Assembly (NCBI GenBank): GCA_026936335.1
Contig: JAPMXV010000015.1
Location: 62,001 to 126,000, forward strand
DNA: 64,000 nucleotides
Direction of reading: 5' to 3'
From: Mantamonas sphyraenae STR306
Taxonomy: Eukaryota; Protista; CRuMs
Position 1 is the stretch's first letter. The number at the start of each line of letters is the position of its first letter. Positions 30,883-42,420 of the stretch are shown here, piece by piece. The position numbers were made by a program, and so were the translations under genes. The notes under the pieces are model-generated. The model was not told the origin of the DNA. It saw only the letters and a program-made list of their open reading frames with translations, and ran no database searches.

Positions 30883-33732
30883 ATGGCGAAGGGCAAGTTT
30901 GAACGAAACTCGGCGCTCCCTGTGCGCATGCAGCAGGAGTCGTCCGACAAGGGTGCCTCCAGTGGATACGACGACATGCAGGGAAGCATCAAACAGTCCT
31001 CGCTGCGCACAAAATCCAGCAAGAAGCGTTTCAAGAAGCAGGGCAAGACGCTGAGCCGCAAAGAACAGCGAGCAGCCGCACGCAAGGCCAAGAAGGAGCG
31101 CAACAGGGTGCACCGCCAAGGCAAACAGCCACCAGCAGCCGCTGCTGCTGCACCGACAAAGCCAAACCCAAAGGCTTCGTCGAGCAGCAAACGCAAACAC
31201 ACGTCGGAGCAGCCGCAAGACGAAGCACAGCCAGATGCCAAACGCCAGCGTGTGGAGCACAAGAAGAAGGGCCGTGGAGGCGGCCGTTCCTACAAAGACA
31301 CAAACTTTTACCAAATGCTCAAGGAGGAAGGCCTGGTGGCGCCTGAGAAGGGGGAGGTGATCGAAACCGAGGACGACAAGATTATCCGCATGCTCGAACG
31401 GAAGCTGGGCGTCAACAGACACCGCAACAAGAAAAAGAAGAAGCACAAGGGCGACAACGAGGTCATGGAAGACATGGACGACGCTGAACAAGACACAGAA
31501 GGCGGACAGAATGCCTTTTCGCTCGCCAACGACGCTCTGGATTTTCTCGACGGTGAAATCCTCGGCGGCGCGGACCCGGAGAATCCGGACCGGTTGGGCC
31601 AGTTTGACGCGGACGAGCCTCCTCAAGACGCACCACCCATGGATGTACAGAGCATGTTGAAGGACCCAGAGTTTCTGAAAATGATGGAGGAGGAAGGAGT
31701 CAGCCCGGAGGACTTTGACGACGACGAGCTCATGGACATGATGGCCATGATGCGTGGTTCGGGTGCAGAGGATGACAGCGATGGACAAGGAGAGGATGAA
31801 GAGGATGAAGAGGACGACGAGGACGACGAGGACGACGAGGAGGAGGTGATCTCCGACGACGACGAAGGCCACATCATCCTGAACAAGCCCACGCAAGGGC
31901 AGGATATCTATGGACGCAGGTTGGACGGAAGCTCATCCAACAATGTCGCTGCGTCGTCGTCCTCATCGTCCTCTGCTGTCACCGCGTCGACGTCATCCGG
32001 TCGGTACGTGCCGCCGAGGTTACGCCAGTTGCAGGGCGGGGATGACGAGGTGATGGCACGGCTGGGCAAACAGGTGCGCGGGTTGCTCAACCGAGTGTCG
32101 GAAGGCAACGTGGAATCGATTGCAGGCGACTTGGTGGACATGTACCGGGCGCACAGCACCAACAAACTGAACGAGGTGTTGTGCACACGCATCATGGAGG
32201 CCGCCCAGGACGAACACAAAGTCCTCAACCAACTTCAGGTCATCCACGCCGTCATCATTGCCATCATGCATGCCCAGGTGGGCCCAGAGGCAGGCTCCCA
32301 CTTTCTCGTCACCATTGCCATGCGATTCCAAGAGTTGTATGACGCCAACGACATCGACGACAACGAAAACGACGACGACAACGAGGAGGAGGATGAAGAA
32401 ACACAGCACGCAAACACAGTGCGTATGCAGAATCTGCTGCTTCTGTTTTGCCACCTGTACAATTTGCAAGTGATCCACTGCGGCGCCTTGTACGACCTCG
32501 TTCGCCTGTTTGTACGCAGACTGACAAACGTGGACATCCAACTGCTCCTGCTGCTTCTGCGCGCCTCGGGCCTGTCCATGCGCAAGGACGATCCGGCATC
32601 GCTCAAAGACGTCATCCTCATGGTCAAGGACAAGGCCAAGCAGGCCGGCAAGCGCGAAAACCGCATCCGCTTCATGCTCGACGCCATCTACGAACTCAAG
32701 AACAACCGCCAGCTCCAAGGCTCCTCTCACGGCCATGAGCAGCTGCAAACCTTGCGCAAACGGTGCCAGTCTCTTCTCACCCACACCCAGCTCAAAATCA
32801 GCTGGGACGATTTGGTGGAGAGCGATCGCCGGGGACGCTGGTGGCTCGTCGGCTCGGCCTGGGGAGGCAACAAGCGTGATGGCAAAGGCAAGAGCAAAGC
32901 TGGCGATGATGCAGACGACGACGACGATGGAGAGGATGACGAAGAGATGCGCATGTACAAACAGCAGCAGCGCGAACAATCGGGCACAGGCCGAAACATC
33001 TTTGAGCAGCACGAGGCCTCGCAGGAGGATCTGGAGGCGCACGCATCACGCATGCGCATCAACACACAGCTGCGCAAGTCTATCTTCAAGGCCATGATGG
33101 GCAGTGAGGATTACGTGGATGCGTTTGACCGCCTGATGAAACTGAATCTGCGCAGCAAACAAGAACGCGAAATTGTCCACGTGCTGCTCATGTGCGTGGC
33201 CAAGGAGAAGCACTTCAACCCATTCTACGCCCTGCTTGCCGAACAGCTTTGCAAGCACTCCCGCACCTATCGCATGACTCTCCAGTTTGCCTTTTGGGAT
33301 CGCTTCAAGGAGCTTGATGACGACGCCTCACCCATGCGCATGCGCAAGCTGGTCAACCTTGCCTGCCTCTTGGCACATCTCATTGGCGCCGCTTCACTCT
33401 CCCTCAGTGTTCTCAAGGTCACCGACGTCACCCGCCAAACAGACCAGGGCACCCTCTTCTACCAGATTGTCTTTGCTCGCCTCCTCACTGCACACGATTG
33501 GCAAAGCACCCGTGCTGTGGCCGAACGCATCGCAGACAACACCGAGCTCCTCCTCCTCCGCGACCAGATTGCTCTCTTTCTCATGTCCCAGGTCAGCTCC
33601 AACCAGCGCCTTGTCGCCTTCCTCCCGCAAACCGCAGACCTCGCACGCGTCGATGCCGACAAGCAGCTGCGTTTCCTCGCCAAGCGCTGTGATGCCTTCC
33701 GAGAGGTCCTCAACGACGGCAGCGCCGCCTGA
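30883..33732 (+). CDS. NOM1: Nucleolar MIF4G-domain protein NOM1/SGD1 (MIF4G + MA3)
   Basis: YVPP.LR, GLLNRVSEGN, MRKDDPASLK, RIRFML, RGRWWLVGSAW, MGSEDYVDAF, QEREIVHVL and TLQFAFWD. Confidence 0.93.
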   Translation: MAKGKFERNSALPVRMQQESSDKGASSGYDDMQGSIKQSSLRTKSSKKRFKKQGKTLSRKEQRAAARKAKKERNRVHRQGKQPPAAAAAAPTKPNPKASSSSKRKHTSEQPQDEAQPDAKRQRVEHKKKGRGGGRSYKDTNFYQMLKEEGLVAPEKGEVIETEDDKIIRMLERKLGVNRHRNKKKKKHKGDNEVMEDMDDAEQDTEGGQNAFSLANDALDFLDGEILGGADPENPDRLGQFDADEPPQDAPPMDVQSMLKDPEFLKMMEEEGVSPEDFDDDELMDMMAMMRGSGAEDDSDGQGEDEEDEEDDEDDEDDEEEVISDDDEGHIILNKPTQGQDIYGRRLDGSSSNNVAASSSSSSSAVTASTSSGRYVPPRLRQLQGGDDEVMARLGKQVRGLLNRVSEGNVESIAGDLVDMYRAHSTNKLNEVLCTRIMEAAQDEHKVLNQLQVIHAVIIAIMHAQVGPEAGSHFLVTIAMRFQELYDANDIDDNENDDDNEEEDEETQHANTVRMQNLLLLFCHLYNLQVIHCGALYDLVRLFVRRLTNVDIQLLLLLLRASGLSMRKDDPASLKDVILMVKDKAKQAGKRENRIRFMLDAIYELKNNRQLQGSSHGHEQLQTLRKRCQSLLTHTQLKISWDDLVESDRRGRWWLVGSAWGGNKRDGKGKSKAGDDADDDDDGEDDEEMRMYKQQQREQSGTGRNIFEQHEASQEDLEAHASRMRINTQLRKSIFKAMMGSEDYVDAFDRLMKLNLRSKQEREIVHVLLMCVAKEKHFNPFYALLAEQLCKHSRTYRMTLQFAFWDRFKELDDDASPMRMRKLVNLACLLAHLIGAASLSLSVLKVTDVTRQTDQGTLFYQIVFARLLTAHDWQSTRAVAERIADNTELLLLRDQIALFLMSQVSSNQRLVAFLPQTADLARVDADKQLRFLAKRCDAFREVLNDGSAA

Positions 33733-33761
33733 TCAAACCAATCAAATCAATTTTTGCCGCC

Positions 33762-35384
33762 ATGCGTGACAACCAGGAACAAATCCTCACTCTGTTTGCA
33801 CAGATCCAGGACATTGCTGCAAAGACTGCCAGCGTGCCCTTTCGCACCAGCAAGAACATCGGCCTCGGCAGCAAGGTGCGTCTGCAGGCTCCCGTCACAC
33901 ACACTCATTTCATGTCGCCCTCCCCTTCTGACACGTATCTGTCCTCCAGGTCCGCCGTGCCACCAAGGCCGAAAACAAGCTCATGAGTGCCACTTCCGAG
34001 GGCCAACCGTTGTCCCAGCGCCGTCGGTACGTTGTAGCTGCGCAAACGGCGGTGAGCGCGCGCAAAAAAAATCCGCCTCCCGTCAACGGTCACTTTGTGC
34101 GCTGACACGTGGACATCTGATGGCCCCAACAAACACCACACACACACACACACACACACACCACAGTTCTATCGGCGGCGGGCGCAAGAGCCTGGGCGGA
34201 TTCTACGCCTCGCGCTTCTCGGTGGGCTCCGAACGCAGCAGCAGCGGAAGCGACAAGAGCACCAAGACCACGTCCCAGCCGGCTCACAAGAAGAAGGCAT
34301 CCGAACTGCTCGAGACCATGGACGACATCATTGACGAATGGTACGGAGCAATCTCTTGTCCTTCTCCGTCGCTGGATCATCATTTCCCGTGCCCCAGCCT
34401 CGTCCTGACACCCAAACTTCCAAAACCACTCCGCTGAACAGTGGCCTCCGGGGAGAGGAGAGCAAGCGTGTGGAGGAGCTCAAGAAGGAGCATCGCACGG
34501 TTCACGTGGCCATCCGCCACCTGAAGCAGACAATGAGCGAATACAAGGAGCAGGAGGAGGCTCAGGTGGAGGAGCGTGTCAACCAAAAGGTGGACCGCCG
34601 TGCTCTCAAGATGGAGCTGGAACGCAAGCAGGTGGACGTGGAGGCACTCGAAGAGCAGTTTGCACGCCGCAAGCAACAAATGGATGCGCTGGACGAGGAG
34701 CAGCGAGCTCAGAGCGAACGTCGCAAGAGCAACGCCGAACGCGCTCTGGAGCTCAACGACCTGGAGCAGCAGCTGATGGAAGTGCAGTCGCAGCTGCGCA
34801 AGGCTCGTGCTGCCGCTCAGCAGAGCCAGGAGGAGCTGGAGGCGGTCGAGACCGTGGTGGCCTCGGCTCGTCTCAGTTCTCCCAGCGGCAAGCAAGGCTC
34901 TGCTTCCCCGGACACGCTGCGTGAGCTTATTGCTGTGCGCAAACAAGAGTGCACTACCCTTGAACACGAGTGCCGCATTCTCAAAGAGAGCATTGCAGAA
35001 CGCATGGCTGAGAAGCAACAGCTGCGCGACTCGGATCCCCGCCTCGACGACGCTCGCCAGCAGCTTGCAGCCGAGCAGCAGCGTCTCGACAAACAAAACA
35101 CAGACGTGGAGGTCATTCGCAACAGCTGTTCCGCACTCGACAACGTCATGGCCCACCTCATCGCTCAACAGGCCCAGGCCAACAACCCCATGGCCGTCGT
35201 CCTCGACATCATCCAGCAGCACAACGGCGAGATGCTCCTCAGCGACTTTAAGCTCGCCCTTGCCGAACGCCTCGCCCTCAAGGCCGGCTCCAAGATCCTC
35301 CAGATTGTCTACTCGGCTGTTGCCAACGGTTTCATCAAGATCGACCGCACGCAGATGGAAAACACCGTCCTTGCTGCCTTCTGA
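33762..35384 (+). CDS. Coiled-coil protein with an N-terminus resembling DASH/Dam1 subunit Spc34; exons 33762-33875, 33950-34026, 34167-34340, 34442-35384
   Basis: Spliced product has AQIQDIAAKTASVPF, VRRATKAENKLM and ELLETMDDIIDECG...KRVEELKKEH...AIRHL, which follow the fungal Spc34 pattern as I recall it. Splice phases are consistent. Confidence 0.6.
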
Positions 35385-35423
35385 GCACACAATCACTACT
35401 GAATACACGCTTCATTCCTCAAC

Positions 35424-38400
35424 TCAACTCTTTCTGGCAGACACCTCCTGAGCATACGCTTCCACCGTGGCCTTGGCCTGCGCCACTTCGGCTCGTCCTT
35501 CCTCCACCTGCCGCTGCAACGCACTGATCTCCACGCGCTTCTCCCTTGCCTCCTTCTTGGCCGCCTCCAGGTCCGCACGTGTGTTCTCCTGCTCCATCTG
35601 CAGCTTGTCACGCTCCTCTCGCAACGCCTCCCGCTCCTTCTGCAGCTCTCGCAGTCGCTTTTCGTACTCCTGCTGCCCGGCCACGTCGTCGGTCGCTCCC
35701 TCACTCGTCAGCTTGTAGTTCACCTGTTCCACACGCGTCTTGGCTGCGCTTGCGCTCTCCAGCTGCGAACGCATGTACTCCACGTTGCGTTCATCCACGC
35801 GCTTCTGCAGCGCCATCTTTTCACGCTCCTTCTTCACAGCCTTCAATTCCGTCTGCAACGACGCGTAGTTCTGCTCCAGCTCCATTCCCTGCCGTCGCAG
35901 CATTTCCAACTGCTCCTCCAGCGCAAACCGCCGCTTCTTCTCCTTCTGCATCTCGCCAGCCAGCTCGCTGTTCTCCTTCTTCAGCGTCTCGGTCGTCGAC
36001 GACCGTGTTCCCAGACGCGTCCGGGCCTCGTTCACCTGCCGCGTCAACTCCTTTACGTTCTTCTGCAGCTTGCTCTTTTCCTCGCTCAGTTTCTTGTTCC
36101 TGTGCTCCAGCGCACGCACACGCTCAACGTTGCTGCTGTCCGACCCACGCAGCGCAACCACCTCCCGGTTCAGCTTTCCATTGGCCTCGCTCAGGCTGCG
36201 GTTGCTCTCCTCCAGCTGTTTCACGCGTCCCTGTGCCTCCTCCAGCCGTCGCTGGAACTCCGCTGTCCTGCTCGCCTCCCGCTCCAGCGCAACCTGCGAC
36301 TCCTTCCTGCTTGCACCCAGCTTGCTGTGCGACGACTGCAATTCGTCGATGTGTGCAAGCAGCACATTGTGTGCTTCTTGCATCTCCGCACGTGCACGCT
36401 GCTCCTCCTCAAAGCGCCCTCGCATCACCTCCACCTTCTTCGTCATGCTCTTTTGGCTCTGCGCCAGGGTCTCCCGTACGTGTTCAAACCGCTCCTCCAT
36501 GTCTGCCATCGCCTGTTCCATCTGCAGCACCTTGTTCTGCGCCCCAATCAATTGTTCGTTGCTCGTCTCAAACTTGCCTCGCCACATGTCAATCTCCTCC
36601 AGCTGCACCTCCAGCCGTTCCACGTGTCGTTCCCTCTCCTCCAGCCTGCTCTTCAGCTCCAGCTGCTGCGACTCACTGCCCAGTGCCTCACGCATGCGTG
36701 TGTCCACCTGCTTCGCCAGCTCCGTGTTCCGTTCACGCACTTGTTCCAGCTCACGCTCGACATCCTCACGCGCCACACGTGCACTTTCCATCTCCATGCG
36801 CAACTGCCGCTCCTCCATCTCTCCCTGTCGCTGGCGTGCTCGCAGCTCCTCCACCTCCGTGTCCAACTGACGACGCACCTCCACAAGCTCCTGATACCTC
36901 TCTCCCAGGTTTTCCAGCTGGCTCTCCAACGTGTTCACCTGGCTTTCCAGCATTGTCCCCTGCGCTCCGTTCTCCTCTGCCGCTTCCTGCGCCTCGTGCA
37001 GTCTGCTCTTCAGACCTCGGTTCTGCTCTTCCAACGCCTCCGCCAGCTGGTTCGCTCCCTCCAGCTTCCCGCTCAGCGCCTCCACCTGCGCCTCCAGCTC
37101 CTTGCGCACGCTGCTCACTTCGTTCTCCATTTCCTTTCGGTGTGCTTGTGCAGCTGCCGCCGCTGCCTCGGCCGCCTCCTCCGCTGCTTGTGCGGCCCCC
37201 GTTTGAGTTCGTTCCAACTCCTCCTCTGCTGCTTCCAAGCGCATCTTGGTCTCTCCCAGCTCCTGATTCGCCTTGCTCAGTGCTTCGCTCGTTGTCTCCA
37301 GCTCTGCGTGCGTGCTTTCCAACTCTTCGTTCGCCTGCCCAAGCCGTTCCTCTGCATCCTTCTTCTCCTCGCCCTCTCGCTCCAGCTCCGCCGCCATTGC
37401 CTCTCGCTCCTGCTTCAAGCTCGACAGCTGTGCACGCAGCTCCGCAATCTTGCGTTGGCTCTCGCTGTCACTGTCTCCCATCATCAGCTCCAGCTGTTGC
37501 ACCTGTCCGCGAGCACCCTCTTCCGCTGCCTTCACCATATCCAATTGCTCCTCCAGACTCGCAATTGTCTCGCTCATCTCCTCTTGGTGCGACCGCATCG
37601 CTACCTCCTGTGCCTCCAGCTCCTCTGTACGCGCCACCAACGCCTTGTTCAGCTCCGCCAGCTGCTCTCCCTGTGCCCGCTCTCCCTCCACTTGCGCCTG
37701 CAGCTGTCGGTTGTACTCCTCCAGCGCCTCGTACTCTTTCTTCTGGCCATCCAGCTTCACTTCTGCCTCGTTGATCATTGGCTCGATCGTGTTTAGCAGA
37801 TTGGCAAGGTTCGCCTTTTCCTCCTGCTCCTTGTGCAGCTCCTCCTCCAGCGCACTTCCCTCTTCACGTGCACGCATCACCTCCTCCTCCAGCTCTTGGA
37901 TGCGCTGTTCTGCAGCCGCCAGCACTTCCAGTTGTCGCCCGGCTTCTCCCAGCTCCGATTCACGCTCGCGCAGCACCTCTTCCAATCGCCGCTGCTCCAT
38001 CTCCAGCTGCTTCAACTCCTGGCGCACAGCCAACGCCTGCTCTTCCACCTGTTTTCGTGTGCGCACCTCTTCCTTGAAGCTGACCTCCAGCTCCGCGTAC
38101 TGCTTCTTTGCTGCATCCTTGGCCAGCTCCTCCTCACGTCCAGCATGCCCGGCTGCCAGCGCACGCTGTTCGGCCTCTTGCTTTGCCGTTGCCTCTTCTT
38201 GCGTGCGTTCTTGCCACTTCCGCACCTCCTCTTGCGCCGCTGCCAGACTCTCTCGCAGCTGCTCCACCATCTTGCTCTGGCTCTGCAGCTGCGACTCTTG
38301 CACCTGCACCTCGCTCTTCATCCCATACATCGCCTCTTGGCTCTTGCTGGCCTCTTCTTTGCTGCTTTCCACACGTTGCTGCAGGCGCACCACCTCTTTG

Positions 38401-41400
38401 CTCAGCTCTGCCTCGCGTGACATGGCGCCGCTCAGCTCTTCCTCTCGCTTGGCCAGTGTCGCCTGCAGATCGCGCACTTGCTTCTCTGACGCCTGCACAC
38501 GCTCGCGGCAACCCTGCAGCTCGCTCGCAATCCCTTCGTGCAGGCCCTCAAAGTGTGCCTTCAGGTCTGCGTCCGTCTTGATTTGGAACATTGTCTGCTG
38601 CAGCATGTCCTTCTCCTTTGCCAGCTCCTCCAATCGCTGTTCGCTGCGCTCCAGACGCTCCCTCGCCTCTCGCAGCTGCTCTTCGCACGTCGTCCTCCTG
38701 CGAGCCTGTTCACTGCACTCCACCTCCCTTTCGCTGAGCTCCTTGCGCACACGCTCCACCTCATTCTCCAGTTGTTCCATACGCCTCTCGCTCTGTGCCA
38801 TCTCGCGCCGGCTCTCTTCGTACTTGCCACTCACTTCGCTCAGCGACGCCGCCAACCCGTCTCCCCGTTGCTTCTCCACGCGCCACTGTTCGTTGATGCC
38901 GTTCTTTTCGCTCGCCATCTTTTCCATGGCCAGCTCCAGCTGCTCCTTGCGTGCGCTCAGCTCCCTGCACTTTTCTCGTGTGCTCTCCAGGCTCGATTCC
39001 GTGCCTGCCAGACGCACGCCCATCGCGCTGAGCTCGCGCTTCACCTCGTCCAGCTCACTCTTTGCCTCGTTTGCAGCCGCTGTCCGCTCGCCCTTTTCCC
39101 TCTCTGCCCCTTCGCGTGCCTGGTGAAGTGCGTCCTCGCACTTGCGCAGCTCGTCTTTGACCCGCTCCAACTCCCGGGCCGTGCTCCCGTGTTCCGTGCG
39201 TTCCTTCCCCAGAGTCCCTTCCAGGCTACGCACACGCTCTTGGCTGCCCTTCAGCGCCCCGTCCTGCTGCTGCTCCCTTGCGAGCACCATCTTCATCTCG
39301 TACTCCGCCTTTGTCTGGACGTCCTTTGCATGGAACTCGGCGCGTGCCTTTTCCGCTTCCAGACTGCGCACAGTCGATTGGAGCTGCTCGCGCAGCTCAC
39401 GCAGTTGCACCACCTCGCTCTGAGCCACGGTCAGCTCTCGCTCCGTGTCTCCTAGGCGCCTCGCTGTCGCCTCCAGGTTGGTTTGCAGCTCCCGCGTGCG
39501 GCCCTGCTCTTGATTCAGCGCCATCTGCGCCCTGTCCAGCTCGCTCGTCAGGTTGCTGTTCCTCTCCTGCGCCATCGACTGGTCCGTGGCCAGCGCGTTC
39601 CTCGTTTGGTTCACCTGGATCAGCTCCATCTGCATCGTCTGCGCATGCTCCTGTGCAGCGCGCATGTCCCGTCGCGTCTCTTTCAGCTCCTCCTCCACCT
39701 TGTCCTTCATCTGGTGCTCAAACTCGTATCTGTTCTTCCACTCCGACGTCGTGCGCATCTCCGCCGCCGTCCTTTCCTGCGCCTCCTTCGTCGCCCTTTC
39801 CTGTGCTTCCAGTTTGCCTTCCAGCTCCTTGACACGTCCTTGCACTGCAATCTCCTTCCGCTCCATCTCCTCCTTCACCTTGTTCGTCCTCGCCAGGATT
39901 TCTTCACGTTCGCGTCCGTGCTGCACCAACAGCGCCTCCTTTGCCGCCGCAAAGTCGTCTCGCGCCTGTTCCAGTCTGTTCTTCAAATTCTCTTGCTGCA
40001 TGCTCAGATGCTGTACCTGCACCGTTGCTTCCTCCTGCTTGCGCTTCCACTCGTCTCGCTCGATTTCCAGCCTCCTGTTCCACTCGGCCATCATGGCCGC
40101 GTTCTGTGCCTCCTTCTCTGCGTTGCTCCGTGCGTTCTCCACCTCCTTTTCCAGTCGCTTGCGTGCCGCCACCAAATCCTCTCGGTCGTTCTTGGTTGCC
40201 TGCTCCGCACGCACTTTCACCTCGTACTCAAACTTGGAGTCCCACGAGCGCAACTCGGCCGTAAGCAGCTTCACCTTCATCTCAAGCTCGTGCTGCACCT
40301 TGACCTGGCCCTCCAGCTTCTGTTTGATCACTTCCACGTCTCGCTCCGCCTGCTCCGCCTTGCGCTCAAACTGTTCCTTCTCCCGGGACAGACGCTCCAC
40401 CGTCGCGTTCAGGATCCCTTCTGTGTTTTTGCGCAACGACGCCTCGCCTTCGTATTTGCCCTTCCACTCCTCCGACGCACGCAGCAACGCCTGGTTGTTC
40501 GCCTGCATCTGGTGCATCGTCTCACCGTTCTCCTCCTGCTTCACACGCAACTCCTCGCACTCACTTCGCGCTGCTGCCAGATCCCTCTCCAGACCCTGCC
40601 GCTGTGTCATCATTTCCGCCTTGACCTCTTCCAGATCTTTGACCCGCGTGCGCATCTCCTTCACCTCGCGCGCTTGACCGTGCATCTGCGTGTCCTTTGC
40701 CACCACGTCTGTGTGGAGTGCCGTACGTTCCTGCTCCACCTTGTTCAGTTGCGCCTGCAGCCCTGCTCGGATGTCGGCGTCGCCTTCGCGCAGCCGCTCC
40801 AGTTCCTTCACCGATCGGGTCGCCTCTTTCAGGTCGCTCTTCAGCTCGTCGTTCTCTGCCTCCAGGTGTTCGCACGTGCTTCGCAGCGCACTCAACTCCG
40901 CCGCTGCGGCTGCTTTGTCCGTCAGCACCTTGTGCACCCTGTTCTGCACGCTGTTCATCAGCGACTGAACCTGCGCCGTGCTCTGTTCCCCTCGCATGGC
41001 AATGTCCTCCACCGGCTGCCCTTCTGCCATCGCGCGGCGGGTGTCCATCAGGAACCCAAACGTCACTGTCTTCAGCGTGTCCAGGTCCGCCTTGGCCGCA
41101 AGCACCTTTTCCAGCGCCAGCTTCTTCTCCTGCAACGCCAGCTTCAGCTTGTCGTTTTCCTCCCGCAAGCCACGCTTCAGCTCCTGCAGCGCACCTGCGT
41201 TTCCTCCGCCTCCCGCGCCGCCGCTGCTGCTGCCTCCTCCCATGCCCATGCCTCCTCCGCTCACCTGCCGCTGCAGATGCACCGTTGTTTCCAACTCGTC
41301 CTGCAGACGTGCGTTGATGCGTTGCATTTCTCGCTTGTGGTGCGTCTCCATGTCCTCGTTGTCTGCCAGTGCACGCTCCAGCTCTCGTTGCGTGCGTACA

Positions 41401-42387
41401 AGCTCCTCCTTCTTTGTGTCCAGCTCGTGGCGCACTTCGCGCAGCTCGCTCTCAAACTTCACGTGCAACTCCCGCACCTCTGTCTGCATCAGCTCCATTT
41501 CCCGCTCTGCGTTGAAGCGCATCTCCTTCAGCGCCTCCGACGCCTGCACCTCGTCTTCGTAATGCTGGTTCAGCATCTGCATTTGCCCGTTTGCCGCACC
41601 CAGATTCTTTTCCAGCCACGACGTGACCCGTTGCGCCTCGCCCAGGAAGCGCAACACATCGTCTGCGCCAAAGCCGCTCTGTCCGCTCGCCGCGCGCCTC
41701 GACGCCATCTGCCGACGTGTTTTGGAGCGTCGCTCGTTCAGCTCCTCCATCTTGCGGTCAAACGCGCTCGTCTCGTCGTCGTCGTCGTCGCCACCCGCAC
41801 TGCTCAAGCTGAACCTGCCTGAGTTCAGCTTGCTCTCTACGTCTCGGTTCAGCTGCTCTGCCATCTCCTGTGCCTGGTGCAGCACGTTGACAGCCTCGGC
41901 AAACACCTGCCGCGTACGCTCCTTGTACGCCGTTTCGTATGCTGCCGCCATCGTCGTGTTCTCCAATCCGCCCGTTCGGTTGAACATTGGCGTCGGAGGG
42001 ATAGATGCTGCGCTGGTGTTCATCGCCGCGCTGCTCATCATGCCTCCTCCTGCGCCGCCGCCGCCCGCGCTTTCGCTTCGCCCCACGCCGCCTTGCGGCA
42101 CAATGCGGCTCATGTTGCTGCGTACAAACGTTTGGCCCAGAGTGGACGCCGTCACACGCTCCGTGGCGTGCTTCAGCTCCCATTTGAGCCTCGACAGTTC
42201 CGTTTCGCTGTCTCGCAGCTGCGAACTCAGTTTCTCCCGCTCCTTCCACAGGCTGTCTCGTTCGTTCTCACTCAGACGCAGGTCTTCCTGCAGGCGACGC
42301 ATGCTCTGTTCCATGTCCGACAGCTCGTGCTGGTAGTTGCCCGTCAGCTGGTCGGCTTCTGCCACGCGCGCCTCGCTCTCCTTGATG

Positions 42388-42420
<33 letters not shown>

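Noticed and set aside
35546-41822. Very long plus-strand ORFs (560-780 aa) opposite the coiled-coil gene
   Set aside because: Antisense shadows of GAG/CAG-rich coding sequence, giving S/C/L/P-rich translations with no motifs.
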